Assembly: GCA_043228905.1 (NCBI GenBank)
Contig: JBHGNT010000001.1
Location: 26,164,001 to 26,228,000, forward strand
Length of the DNA stretch: 64,000 nt
Direction of reading: 5' to 3'
Source: Azolla caroliniana
Taxonomy: Eukaryota > Plantae > Polypodiophyta
A program made the position numbers and the translations under genes. Of the stretch, positions 11,576 to 23,600 are shown one piece after another; position 1 is the stretch's first letter, and every line of letters starts with the position of its first letter. The notes beneath the pieces are model-generated. The model ran no database searches, was not told where the DNA came from, and worked only from the letters and a program-made list of their open reading frames with translations.

Positions 11576-12837
11576 TTGTCGAAAGCCTTATTTACTTAAT
11601 GCTCACCCGATCCGACATTAGCTATCCGGTCAGAGCGATCAGCCAATTCATGCAGAAGCCGACCGTCGAGCACCTTCAGTGCGTGCATCGACTATTGAGA
11701 TATGTGAGCAACACTAAGGATCGGGGATTGTTATACCGACACGGTATAATTGGAAAGCTAGTCGGTTATACAGATGCCGATTAGGCCGGTGATGTGTCAG
11801 ATTGTCAGTCCACCTCCGGTTTTATGTTCGCTCTTGGGAGCGTGGTTGTTGCGTGGAACAACAAAAAGTGGTCGACAGTGGCTCTGTCGACCACTGGGGC
11901 TGAGTATCGGGGCGTTACCATCTCCACTTGCGAAGCCATATGGCTTTGGCGGCTTTTGCAAGACCTCTGGATCAAAGTATCAACTCCGATCTAGATCTAT
12001 TGCGACAACATGAGCAGTATGCAGTTGGCCAAGAACCACGTGTTCCCTACTCAGACAAAGCACATCGAAGTGCATTATAACTTTGTGCGTGAGCGGGTCC
12101 TGAGAAGTGAAGTCGAACTCCGGTATGTTCGAATGGATCGATAGGTTGCCGACATCTTCACTAAGCCACTCGGATTGGACAAGTTGACGCTATAGGATCT
12201 CGACATGCCGCACTTAAGGGGGAGAACCAGAACAAAAACCGGAAAGACAGGTAAAGGCATCGGAGAAGAAGTAGTCAGAGAGAAGGAAGAAAAGACCGAA
12301 ACAAAGGGAGGCAAGAAGAAAATGGGAGCCGAGTCAACTGAAGAAGTCGGCACATCCGAAAGAGTCGAAACAAGCGGTGACGGCGGCTGAGTCAAGAAGG
12401 ACAGAGCCGGCCGGAAGAAGAAGGCCAAGACCCGAACATGGTATGATGTGGTGAAGGGCTTGAATATTGAGGACAAATTGGAGACTGCCAATTCAGACAA
12501 GAGATGGAATGAATCAGAGGCCCCCGATTTGGAAGAGGTGTTCGATTCGGAGGAACCGAATCAACAGAAGGCCAAATGGACTAGAAGGTAGCGGAAGTCA
12601 ACGCCAACACAGAGGAACCGATGGGTTGAGAACAACAACAAAGGAGCTGAGATGGGCCTCTTGGGAAGACAAGACGACCAAGAAGGTCGAGGTGCATAGA
12701 ACGGGACGGGTCGTGAGAAACGGAACCGGACGGGTTGAGGAGTGTGAGCAAGGCGAGAAGATGCCGAGAAAAGCCAACTGCAAGGATCGGCAATGACTGA
12801 CATGGAGATCCGGCCTCAAGTTGAGCTTGAGGGGGAG

Positions 12838-13723
12838 TGTTGAGCGGATAAGCTCAACCTGATCCGGATTTGTATCCAGAACTAGCAATGGGCACGGTTT
12901 CGGCTCAAACCGAATCGAACCGTTAAGCCATGGCTTAACGGTACGGTTTATTGGTTCAAAGATAAATAAACCGTTTGGTTTGGTTTCAAATATTATGATC
13001 TGGTTTGGTTTCGGTTCGGCTTGGTTTGGAATTTCATGGTTTAGCGGCTTATCGGTTTCGGTTCGGTTCGGTTTTGAATTTCACGGTCTAGCGGTTTCGG
13101 CTTATGTGGTTTGGTTTAAAGGTTTAAATGTTTAAATGTTTCTAGGTTTATCGGTTTATCGGTTTGGTTTGGTTTTGATTTATGATAAACCGATTTGGTT
13201 TGGTTCTAAATTTTTCATAAACGGTTCGGTTTAAATGGCTTCATAAAATTTAAACAGTTTGGTTTGGTTTTTAGTATAAATAAATGGTTTGGTTTCAAGG
13301 CCAAGAAATCGAACCGAACCAAAACCGAATTGCGCCCATTGTTATCTAGAACCAAAGACGGATTGGTATCCAGAACCCAAAGCCGAATCCGAAGAGCTGG
13401 ACCCACGAGTGAACCGGTAGGCCATTGGAGGTCTACACTCTTAGACTACTAGGTAGTTATCCTTGGAGTTACTGTCAGTATCTCAGTACGAGCATTGAAG
13501 TACTTGTGAGTACTTTTGTCAATCCTTTTAAGGACTTGTATAAAAGTGCTCACTAAGCGTATGTATAGAGTGTTTTTATTCTGAAATTTGGTTTTACTGT
13601 TCTGCTCTCTCTGTCTCTCCCACATACTATGTATATTCCAAGCTTCCATTAAACCTTGTCTCTGTTTTCTATTGTTATCTAGGTGAGCCGGTTTGTCTAA
13701 GCTTCCGCACATTCACTTTCACA
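12838..13723 (+). repeat. 3' LTR of element C (contains a MITE)
   Basis: Follows the PPT. Termini TGTTGAGCGGATAAGCTCAAC and CTTCCGCACATTCACTTTCACA resemble element B LTR termini. Confidence 0.85.
12883..13344. mobile_element. hAT-type MITE inside the LTR of element C
   Basis: TIRs TAGCAATGGGCAC / GCGCCCATTGTTA. 8-bp TSD TCCAGAAC (12875-12882) versus TCTAGAAC (13345-13352). Interior made of GGTTT/AAACCG motifs. Confidence 0.88.
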
Positions 13724-13818
13724 TAGAGTTTCTGTACAGTACAACATAGTGAAGTGTTGAGTAGAAACAGAGTGTGTGAGAGAGAGCGGCGGTAGAGTTC
13801 AACAAACTCGCCAAGAAC

Positions 13819-13839
13819 CCCTAAACCCTAAACCCTAAA
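13819..13839. repeat. Three plant telomere repeats (CCCTAAA)3
   Basis: Exact CCCTAAACCCTAAACCCTAAA at the point where the adjacent gag remnant ends. Confidence 0.85.
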
Positions 13840-14880
13840 TCAGTGAGTTGTCGGCTAGTCGAAGCCGATTCTCGTTGCTTCTTTCGGCACTCCTCTTCGT
13901 AGTGGCCGAGTTTTCCACATTACCCGCATTCGATCGGGTTATTGTGATGGCTCGGTCCGGAAAGATGGCTCCCCCTTCTGTCGAACTCTCTAGGATTGCT
14001 CCTAGCATCTTGCCATTGGTAGGAGTTGCATTCTCGGGTCGGCTGACTTGTCGTCCTCGGCCGAATCGACCTCTATTTCCTCGTCTGAATGTTCTTCTAT
14101 CATCCGACTGGGAGTAGAGCATTTGACCATCGGCTGCATTGCTCCTTTATCGGACATGATTTTCATCCACCAATCTAGGTATCGATTGAAGGTCGAAAAA
14201 GGAAGGTGGATTCTCCCTTGCAAGAATGTCTGATCTAATCGTGCTGAATTGAGGTGTCGAGCCGCCAAGGCATATTTGCACCATCTCTTCATCATCGATG
14301 ACAACGTTGATCGATCTAAGGGTGTTGCACAACTCCTTGATCTTCAAGGTATAGCTGGTGATCGACATATCCCTTTGTTGCATGTTATTCAACTCCTGTC
14401 GGAGTTGGAGCTTTCGTGCAGCCATATTGGCCGCAAAAATCTTCTTGAGATTGCCCCAAGATTCTTTCGGCGTTTTCGACTCTTGAATATAGCCGAGCAT
14501 GTGATCATGAACGCATGATGCAAGGCAATACAACACACGGCTTGCGGCCTACTCCCACGCTAGGTAATCGGCATGTGTTGGGTTGGGTTGCGTTTCGTGA
14601 GCTCCTTCGATATAGCTCCATTAACCTTGTCTAACAAGGTATTGATGCATCTTGTATTCCCAAGATGCAAAGTTTGTCCTGTCGAGCTTCTCCGTACGAA
14701 GAGCGCTTCCCATCTAAGTATTCATGATGTCAATTTCTTTATCTATTGTTTGAACCGGTTCTAACGATCGTCGGTGTTGTGATCACAACACAGTTGAGCG
14801 AGTTTGATCAGATAACCACACGCTCTGATACCATGTAAAGAAGGTGAGACGTAGGTGGTGCTAGGCAACGAAAGCAACTC

Positions 14881-14921
<41 letters not shown>

Positions 14922-15134
14922 ACGTAAGGCAAGAGAGAGAGAGAGCTTGAACAAGAAGTTGTATTAGTAAAAATATAATTACATCCAACAACGATTAAGT
15001 TACAAAAGGTTGGTTTAAATACCAACTGATATGGGGCAAGTGCCCTTTCTACTAATTACAAAACTAGCCTAGTATGATGTCCACTGACTAGTGTGAACAC
15101 TATCTCTAAGGGAAGTTGAGTTCGATTCTCAACA
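13840..15134 (-). mobile_element. Truncated copia element: 5' LTR (14834-15134), PBS and degenerate gag
   Basis: LTR TGTAAAG...CTCAACA on +, PBS GCTCTGATACCA at 14822-14833. Gag fragment (LYCLASCV...ARKLQLRQELNN) is homologous to element B gag. Confidence 0.85.
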
Positions 15135-16422
15135 ATATCCAATCAAGTATATGATTATGTCATAAGAATATGTAATATTCTTTGATAATATTTACACTTC
15201 ACAACTAACTAGATGTCACAATCTAGTCCTTTGTATAACTAGATAGTTCACATGAATGGCCAACAATACTTCTCCTTCAGCTCCACAAAAGTTGCCCATG
15301 TACCCTTATGGTCTACCCAAAGACTTTCATGGAACTCAAACCCAAGAGTTGTTTGTTCCTCCTCGCAAACGATCATCTACGACCTTCCCATTCTCTCCTT
15401 TGGGTTTCAATAAATACTTTGCGTGCAAGCACTTGTACACCTTCTTTCGGATATTTTGATCTCCATTGGAGTGGAGCCACTAACATAATGATGTTGAGTG
15501 GTTGTGAAAGGCCCAAGGGCAAGAGTACTACTATTAGGGCATAAATATTTGTCAACATTGGGAAAGTTGTTTGAATAATCAATTATGAGATCACACTTCA
15601 AGTGATCAAAGATTTTCACTAAAGGTAAAAAGTTGATCATTTACATCATTGCAAAACCCATGTTGGAATTGATCATGGATGCCTCTTTGTCCAACTACAT
15701 TACGACTTTCTCACAACCTTGGGACCATCTCATGGTGGTCCTCATTCCTCTCCCTTGCCTCTTACCATGAGCCACTTTTCTTTATGTAGCCTTTCAACTG
15801 TAGTTATTTGAGACAATCATGTTACTTATATAATACTCTATTTAGTTGAGGCATTTATATTTCTTAATCAATGCATTTGAATTTAAGTTGACATTAAGAA
15901 GTTGTCTCATTTTCCACGATGGCCTTGAGTGTGGATGCATGAAGTGGTCTTCGTTGTTGTGTAGTGACGCCCCCAATCTCATGGTTATGGCCAAGCACAT
16001 GAGTAACAAAACCCTTCAAGACTCAGAAGTGGGCTTCAGAAGCGCAAAACATCAATCCAAGGTAACAGACATCTTGAGTGCCTTTGGGAAAACACGCTCC
16101 ATTAGGAAGCAAAGAAGAGCATTCGTTAACAAGCACAGGGAAGAAGAAGCAAGAAGGCAACATAAAAGAAAGGCAAAGCCATGGTCCTATCTATATACCC
16201 TTCTTAAACTCTGTCTGAGGAGGAAGGTATAAATGCAGGGGCATTCACGTGAATAATGGAAAACGAAGAAAAACAAATGGAGGGGCATTTTTAGGAATAA
16301 AAGGAAAATTACGGGGTATATCATATATGATAGTCTATAGATATGTATGTATACCTTATGAATTTGATTTTGCTTTTGCTCTTTGTTTTTTGTTCCGGGT
16401 TTTGATTGATAGGAAGGCGGCT

Positions 16423-17805
16423 ATGGCGAGGATCAAGCCGAGGGCTCTTCTTCAACAGAGTAAACAGAGAAAGGTTCCTGCCCATTTCAGTAGAACCTGT
16501 ATAATTCTTTTAGGCGCTGCCCTTGTCTTCTCCTTCCTCCTCCTCGCTCTCTTCCTCAGATCTAAGCATCTCTACTCTTATAGCATCTCGGTAAGTAGCG
16601 CCGATTCCTTCTTTTTTATCTTCTTCTTCCTTGATTTCCTATTTCCTATTTTCAATCTTTATTTTACTGATTTTTTTATTTATTAAATCATCATTTGTCC
16701 TTTTGCTTTGATGATTTTCTATCATATATGTATATAAACGGATCCTATTGAATTTTTCTTGCTTTTGGGAGCCCCGCAATGTGCATACATGAATGCACCA
16801 TTTTGAAGTGGTCGTGCGTTTCGAGTACCTCACAATGTGTGTGTAAATGGATCATTTTTTCTGCATTTGAGTATTTCAAATGATGTGTATGTATGAATGG
16901 ATCCTGAAGTTTGTCTTCTATTCGATTTGCTCACGTGAATATACGCATGGATCATATTGAATTTGTCTTGCATTTGGGTATCTCACAATGTGTATAAGAA
17001 TGGATCATCATTGAAGTTGCATTTGGATACCTTATCATTTATATATAAGGATATATCATGAAGAAGTTGTCTTGCATTGAATACCTCACAATCTGTATAC
17101 GGGTAGACCTTGAATTTTTCTGGCCTTTGATATTGTATCCTTTGAATTGATGAACGTGGATTATATGTGAGAATAGATCATGAAGTTTTCATGCAATTAA
17201 ATGACTCACAATTCACCTTCGAATGTGTTTATGAATGGATCATAAATATGAATTATACTTTATGTACCCCTCAAATTGTATATGAGTGAGCTGATAATTC
17301 AGCTTTTATAATGTTTTATGATCCTTTGATCTTGGCCCATAAAATAGGAATGGTACCTGAATATTGGATTATGATTCGATGATCTTGGATAGTCCTTCAT
17401 TTGAAACGTATGCATAAATGATTTGATCCTTCATTCCTCCCAATGTTGGGTCGCAAAATGATATTGTAGTGTGTGTACATGTGCATGTGTATGTACCTCA
17501 CAATGCTTGATCGTGAATTAATCTTGAATCATAAATTTATCCAGCATCTGAGTACCTCATAATGTCCACATGAATGAATGGATCGTGCATATCCTCATAA
17601 TGTAAGAATTATTATCTCACACTGTTTGAGCATAAATTAATCTTAATGTGTATATAAAAGTCTTCTATCACAATGTTTGATCATAAATTGACTATAGAAG
17701 AAATAGAAGAATGGTAACTGTCAATGCTTGATCATGAATTGTTCTCAAAGTATACATTAGAAAAGAATCCCCACAATATTTGAAATCAGGAATCAATTGT
17801 GTAGT

Positions 17806-17846
<41 letters not shown>

Positions 17847-19808
17847 CTCACATAAGAGAACGGTAACTCATACTATGAACCACTGTATTGGCTCATCAAA
17901 TTTAATAAAAGTATCTTGCACTAAATGAGTGATGACCAGATTTTATAATTTATAATTTATAATTTATGACCAGATACAAATACCTATTCCAAAGGATGCT
18001 TCATTGGCTGTTAATATCTAATATAAGGAAACAAACTTAACTTTTGTCATTTATATTGAACTAAGGAACCCACATGTGTGTATCCAGGAAGCAAAGGACT
18101 ACAAATTTGGATTTGGTTCGCCACAAATAGCGGTAATGAGAACTACAAGTAGTGACATGGTGTATGAATTAAGATCATGTTTGTAGTGAGCATGCATTGA
18201 GATTAGTATGGCCTCTTTTCTTTCTCAGGTTCTCAATACAACAAAAGGACTAATATATTTGGAGCTCTTTGGTGATAAGGTTCCTAAGACAGTGGAGAAT
18301 TTTGTTGTCCATAGGTAAGTCATGTCTTGAAATTTTACACATTATGATGGTAGAGGTCATCCTTTTAGTAATCTCTGAATTGAATATGCAGCAAGAATGG
18401 TTATTATGATGGTGTGACATTCCATCGAGTGATAAAGAATTTCATGATACAAAGTGGTGACCCTCAAGGTGATGGAACAGGTGGAGAGTCTATCTGGGGT
18501 GGAACATTTGAAGACGAGTTTGATCCACGGTATGTTGTCAGGAAAAGTTTTACAGAAATTTAGTTCTTATGTTTCTCTATGTAATGTTGCGGACTATAAA
18601 CCTCTTTTTGTTCAGATACATTGGTTGTGCTTCAGAGTAAGAAATTAAAGAACCCAAAATTTTCTCAGTGTAAATGCATTGGCAGAATTTAGTATCTCGT
18701 GAAACCCTAAATGTATTTAGACATATGGCTCTCCTATTTCTACTTTTGATCAAGCACTTTAATTTAATTCTATGTTGCAGTAGTTCAACTTGATGTTAAA
18801 ATTTCAAGCTTTGTTTCACATAGTATTTTCATGTCTTAATCAATCATAGCAGCTTTATTCTGTCTAAAACTTAAAAAATTCTAAACACTTTGGAGTTTTT
18901 CATGAGTATTTTAAGTGTTTTATGAGTGTTGGCCTATCGAAATTCATTCTCTTTTTTTCTGTTATGTATCCTATTTATGTGGTATGATATGTTATGTGAG
19001 ACTAGAATTTTCAAAATATTTGAACATTTTCTTTCATAATGCTAATAATAAATAAATCTTAACGGGACATAGCTCTTACATTAGATTTGTACCTGTATGT
19101 TGATGCATAGGTTGAAGCATGAACCCTTCACATTATCAATGGCCAATAGAGGACCCAACACTAATGGGGCCCAATTCTTCATTACTACAGTCTCTACTCC
19201 TCATCTCAACAACAAGCACACAGTCTTCGGACGAGTTGTGAAAGGACAAGATGTTGTCAAGGTATTATTGCATAGTTTTTAGCATTATTTGTTTTAAGAA
19301 ACCCTACTTTGAAAAGTTGTATGAAAAGCCCTCAGTATTAGGGGTTATTTAATTAAGTAAAAAAGAGTAATAAGATTGTGAATAAGTTTTAACAAGTGTT
19401 AATGATTGTTTTAATTAACTACATGTTCATATCAATCTATTTGTTAAAATGCTAAATACATTTGTTAGATTAGATATATATCTAGTACATATTAGGAGTT
19501 ATTTAATTTAATAAATTATAATTACAAGTGTGAACCAGTGTTAACAAGTGTTAATAATTGGTTTAATTGGATAAGCGCTAATATCAAATCTATATGTTGA
19601 ATTGCTCAAATACCTTTGGTAGATTAGATTCATCTAGGCATTATTATGTGCTCATGACAGCTGAAAATGTCTTAGTTACTTCGAATATTATCATTTATGG
19701 CTTACATCTTTTCTTCTGAAGGAAATTGAGAATGTGGAGACAGATGTTCAGGACAAACCAAAGGTTCCAGTAATTGTCAAGGGAATCTCCATGATTGATG
19801 AGCTTTAA
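16423..19808 (+). CDS. CYP21-4: Membrane-anchored cyclophilin-type peptidyl-prolyl isomerase, CYP21-4-like, ~224 aa, 6 exons
   Basis: Exons 16423-16590, 18088-18132, 18229-18314, 18392-18529, 19111-19261 and 19722-19808, all GT-AG and phase-consistent (675 nt). N-terminus [14 protein letters not shown] plus a hydrophobic helix, then [32 protein letters not shown] and KHTVFGRV. Confidence 0.9.
17806..17845. repeat. (GATA)n microsatellite in cyclophilin intron 1
   Basis: Run of TAGA units. Confidence 0.9.
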
Positions 19809-20615
19809 GCTCAGGGTAAATGATGCCCAATACTATGTTCCTCATCATCATATGGTTCAACAAGAACCTGGAAGAGCATGGATATTTCCCCAAATGCAGC
19901 CTTTGTATGGGGATGTTTCCATGTCTTTTTTGGGGATTTGGTTTGGATGCTAATCCTTTGTATCATATTATCAGCCCCAAGTTTTGTTTTCTGCTACAAA
20001 GTGGTTTTCTTTATGAACCACTGAAATAAGTGTAATGAGTGATGAATGTATGAGAGAATGGATACCATGAGACAAAACTGAGTTATTCATGGTATGGATA
20101 TCATTATCCTTTGGGATAATTGCAAGTATATTACATCTCAGTGTCCAATTCCATGGATTTTAACATAATATGAATTCCAGCGCCTTTATGACATGGTGAT
20201 TGTTGTCTACGTTGATGATGCTGTTTTGTTCTTTTAACATTTATGTTCATCTACGTTGATATACTGTGGAGGTGTTACCATATGTTTGGATGAAATGCTC
20301 CTTGTGTACGCCCACTTGCATTCCTTTTCATTGATATACAGGCCTAGTCTTTACAGTGTCGACTTCGAATGAATGAAATCAACGTCTTCTTTTTATGTAT
20401 ACAATAAAAGCACTTAAATATATGCGTATTAGTGACTCTTAAGGAATATGAATACTATAAACATATTAACTAGGGGAAGAAAACTGTTACAAATAATGCA
20501 ATTAGGTTTACTTCTGTCTCTTGTAAAAACTCATCTTTCAGATGTAAAAATTGCTACTTCAACTTTGGAAAACATGAGAGGGCAAGAACATTTCCGGAAG
20601 GCATTGGAGATCATA

Positions 20616-23600
20616 TCAGCTGCTCCTCATCATTTGTTCCACTATAACATGCGCTTCTTGATTTGATACTAAAGTGCCAAATAAATCACGTGAAATAGAT
20701 CTGATGTCACTGTCATCCGATCTTTGGTGTAAGGGAAAAGGAAAAGCCAACAGAAAACCTTGTCAGAAAAACATTACAAAACCAAGCAGATGTAACAGAG
20801 AAAGCATGAAGGATGTTTTACTTCGTCAATTTCATGAGTGTTCTGACAGCTTCATCAGTTGATGCCAGTTCAATCTGTGCATTTAGGCTAAAAATAATAA
20901 TGAAATAATGAATCAGCAAACTTGGGAAATATTTTCTTTAAGCATGTCTAAATGCTTATAAATGCTTACCTTGATCCACACAGCATCCCTAAAGCTAGTA
21001 GAACCCTTACACACACCTCTGGGGAACTGGTTCCCATGTGTGATGCAAGCTTGGGTATAGCTCCCTGTAATCACCGTATAACTCAGTACCAAAATCACAT
21101 AGTAAAATAATCATATGATAAGTATTGCAAGTATACCCTATTATCAGAAACATCTTTGATGATTCATGATTTCGAGGTTTTGGTCTGTATTTTATCATGT
21201 GCTTCATTTTTTATACTCAGGCAAAAAAATACATACATATATACATACATATATAAATAAGAGAGACAAATAATATCTTCAATGGAAGTCTCCAGTTCTA
21301 GAGTTTCAACTCACTCGACCTTCAAACTGGAAAATATCCAAATTTTCTTTAGAAATTACTGTTTTGCAATGACATTTTGCTTCCTTTTCGCATTCAATAT
21401 GTTTTATCAGTTTCATGTTTTTGATAGGGGATTAAAAGGGCAGAGAGACTAGCTTTCATAACCACAATCTTTTCACCTTATCAAGAAGGTTTGGTCGCAT
21501 TTTTTCATGAGCAGCTAGTGCACAGAAAGTGTCCACAGCTTCCTCTTCTAAAGTAGCTGTACCAAGCCAGTGGGAAAACACACGTTCAAACTCTTTGGTT
21601 GAATGTTGAAACACCACTGTGTCAATTAAAAAATATCCTTTGAATTCACAATACCATCCAGAGTGCAGCCCAACATAGACAACATAATGTCAGCAATACC
21701 CGCTTCTTCAATTAAAGCTAAGCCCTGATCTCTGCAAACTTCCAACACAACCAGTTCAACTAAATTGAACTCAAAGAGTGGGTGGGGGGCATGAAAATAA
21801 CCCTATCTTTTGGATGGTCACACCAGAATACCGCTAGCCTCCAAAAATTACCAGCATACCTGTAGGTAGTAGTAAGTTCTTTAGCTTCTGGTAATTTTTG
21901 AAAACTTGGGAGTATTTTGGTAAATCTCCAAAATACCCTTCAATTTTTTCTTTATTTTCCCAAATGCCTGAGCGTGTGTTTATTTCCCAGATGCCCCTGG
22001 TAAATCACTGAAAGAGCAGAACTGTATGTGCTACTTGACCAATTATGTAATCAACTCATTCGTTTTTCACTTATATGTGATATTTGAGAAACTATACGGG
22101 TCAATGCATCCCCTTTTTCTCTCTTCAAATAAAAAAAGAGGCAGTTACGGAAATAAAGAAAAAACATGGGAAATTTAGAAGTTTTTCCCTAAACCTGATA
22201 ATGTTGGCGCATGTTTTGGTGTTTAACTAATTATTACAATGGAAGAAACATGAGATTCCAGCTTACTGTTGAGAGAGAACATTAATTGCAGAGAATGCAT
22301 TAATTTGAAGTCCAGCATCATCCAGATTTGATTTGAGGCACTTTCGAAGTCCTTTCACCTAAGGAAAGAAAGATTAATGGGGGAATTGAAAGACATCACA
22401 TCAAATTAGCACAACAGTTCCAGTACAAGACAAAAGAAAGAGAATGAAACACTTTGCAACTCTTACTACCAGATCAGGAGCTTCTGCAACAGTATGATAT
22501 AGGATTGTGCTTGCATTCATTATGGCTGTGAGGGCTGCACAAGCGTTTCTCTGCATTGCGCTCCATCATATTAGAATATTTTAGTTTTTCTTTAAAATAT
22601 GGGTTTTAGGACACTAACGAGCTATCACTCCTGAGAGCAAAGAATTGCTAGACATGAATTCAGATTCCTTCTTCAAGGGAAACGGTAAGGTTGTATTCTT
22701 AACACCTGTACATGTATAGAATAGTCGCCAACAAGAAGTGAAACTAAACGTCCAACCTGCAACCGTTCACAATGATGCCTACATTAGAAACATTTTATCT
22801 TCACGTCAAAGACAATGACATGCATGGATTAAAAAACATGTTAATAGCATTAATTTTGCTCATTTTCATATGCATATAACATAGGGAACGCAGATTGCTG
22901 ATAATGCAGTAATGAATCAAGATTAATGTTACTTCTTTGGTACGATTTCTGGGGGCAACTTAAGTTTACAGATCAGGAAGAAAGATATGTTTAGCATCCT
23001 CTAAGCAGCCAAAATCGCCCGCATAGTAGAGATAACATCTGAAAATGTTATCTCATCTTGGAGAAAAAACAATAAACCACAATAATTATAGATATAAATA
23101 AATTAGAAAAACTTCCTGAGATACCTTGGTTATTCTACAAGCATTTTGATGAAAACATCGACATTCTATGTTCTTGACAGAAATATAGATATTCCAGTCA
23201 GGTAAACATCACACAACATCATGAGCTTAGATAAACTGAAATTTCTGCCTCTGAAAGGTCAACATGGGCTAGTCCAAGATTGAAAAGTCTCTGAAACAAG
23301 GAATCATCTTCGATGTCTCGTGATAATTGTCTCGATTTGCTGATGACAAGGGCGACAAAGTCAAATTCTTATGGTGACAATCCTACTTGATTACATGAGG
23401 GAGGGGTGACCGTGCTGAAGATGTTGTGAGCGTTCTATATTGTTGTAGCTTTGTAGTTGCATTCATATATTTCAGCAGTTTCTGTCTCTTGATTTTTAGC
23501 AAACAGTCCCAAGCATTGTTGCTCTTCACATGGCATTGCATTACAGAGTGGACAAAAGCCACGCAGGAAGTGCTGAACTCCTCTTATTTACTAAAAACTG

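Larger units (their letters stand above)
1..13723 (+). mobile_element. Degenerate Ty1/copia element C (outer host): 3' RT/RNase H part plus 3' LTR; split by element B at 124-11575
   Basis: Reading frame ...FRQIV (to 123) continues as ESLIYLMLTRSDISYPV...VGYTDAD* and VALSTTGAEY after 11580. In-frame stops are present. PPT GAGGGGGAG at ~12829-12837 precedes LTR TGTTGAG...TTTCACA (12838-13723). The 5' part lies outside the window. Confidence 0.85.

Noticed and set aside
15135-16230. Possible hAT transposase remnant or gene upstream of the cyclophilin
   Set aside because: Only vague motif similarity, with no TIRs or continuous frame; not supportable.
21557-21616. Longer exon 8 of the ARM gene (VVFQHSTKEFERVFSHWLGT)
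   Set aside because: It would leave a 38-nt intron; the acceptor at 21557-21558 gives a 98-nt intron in the same phase.
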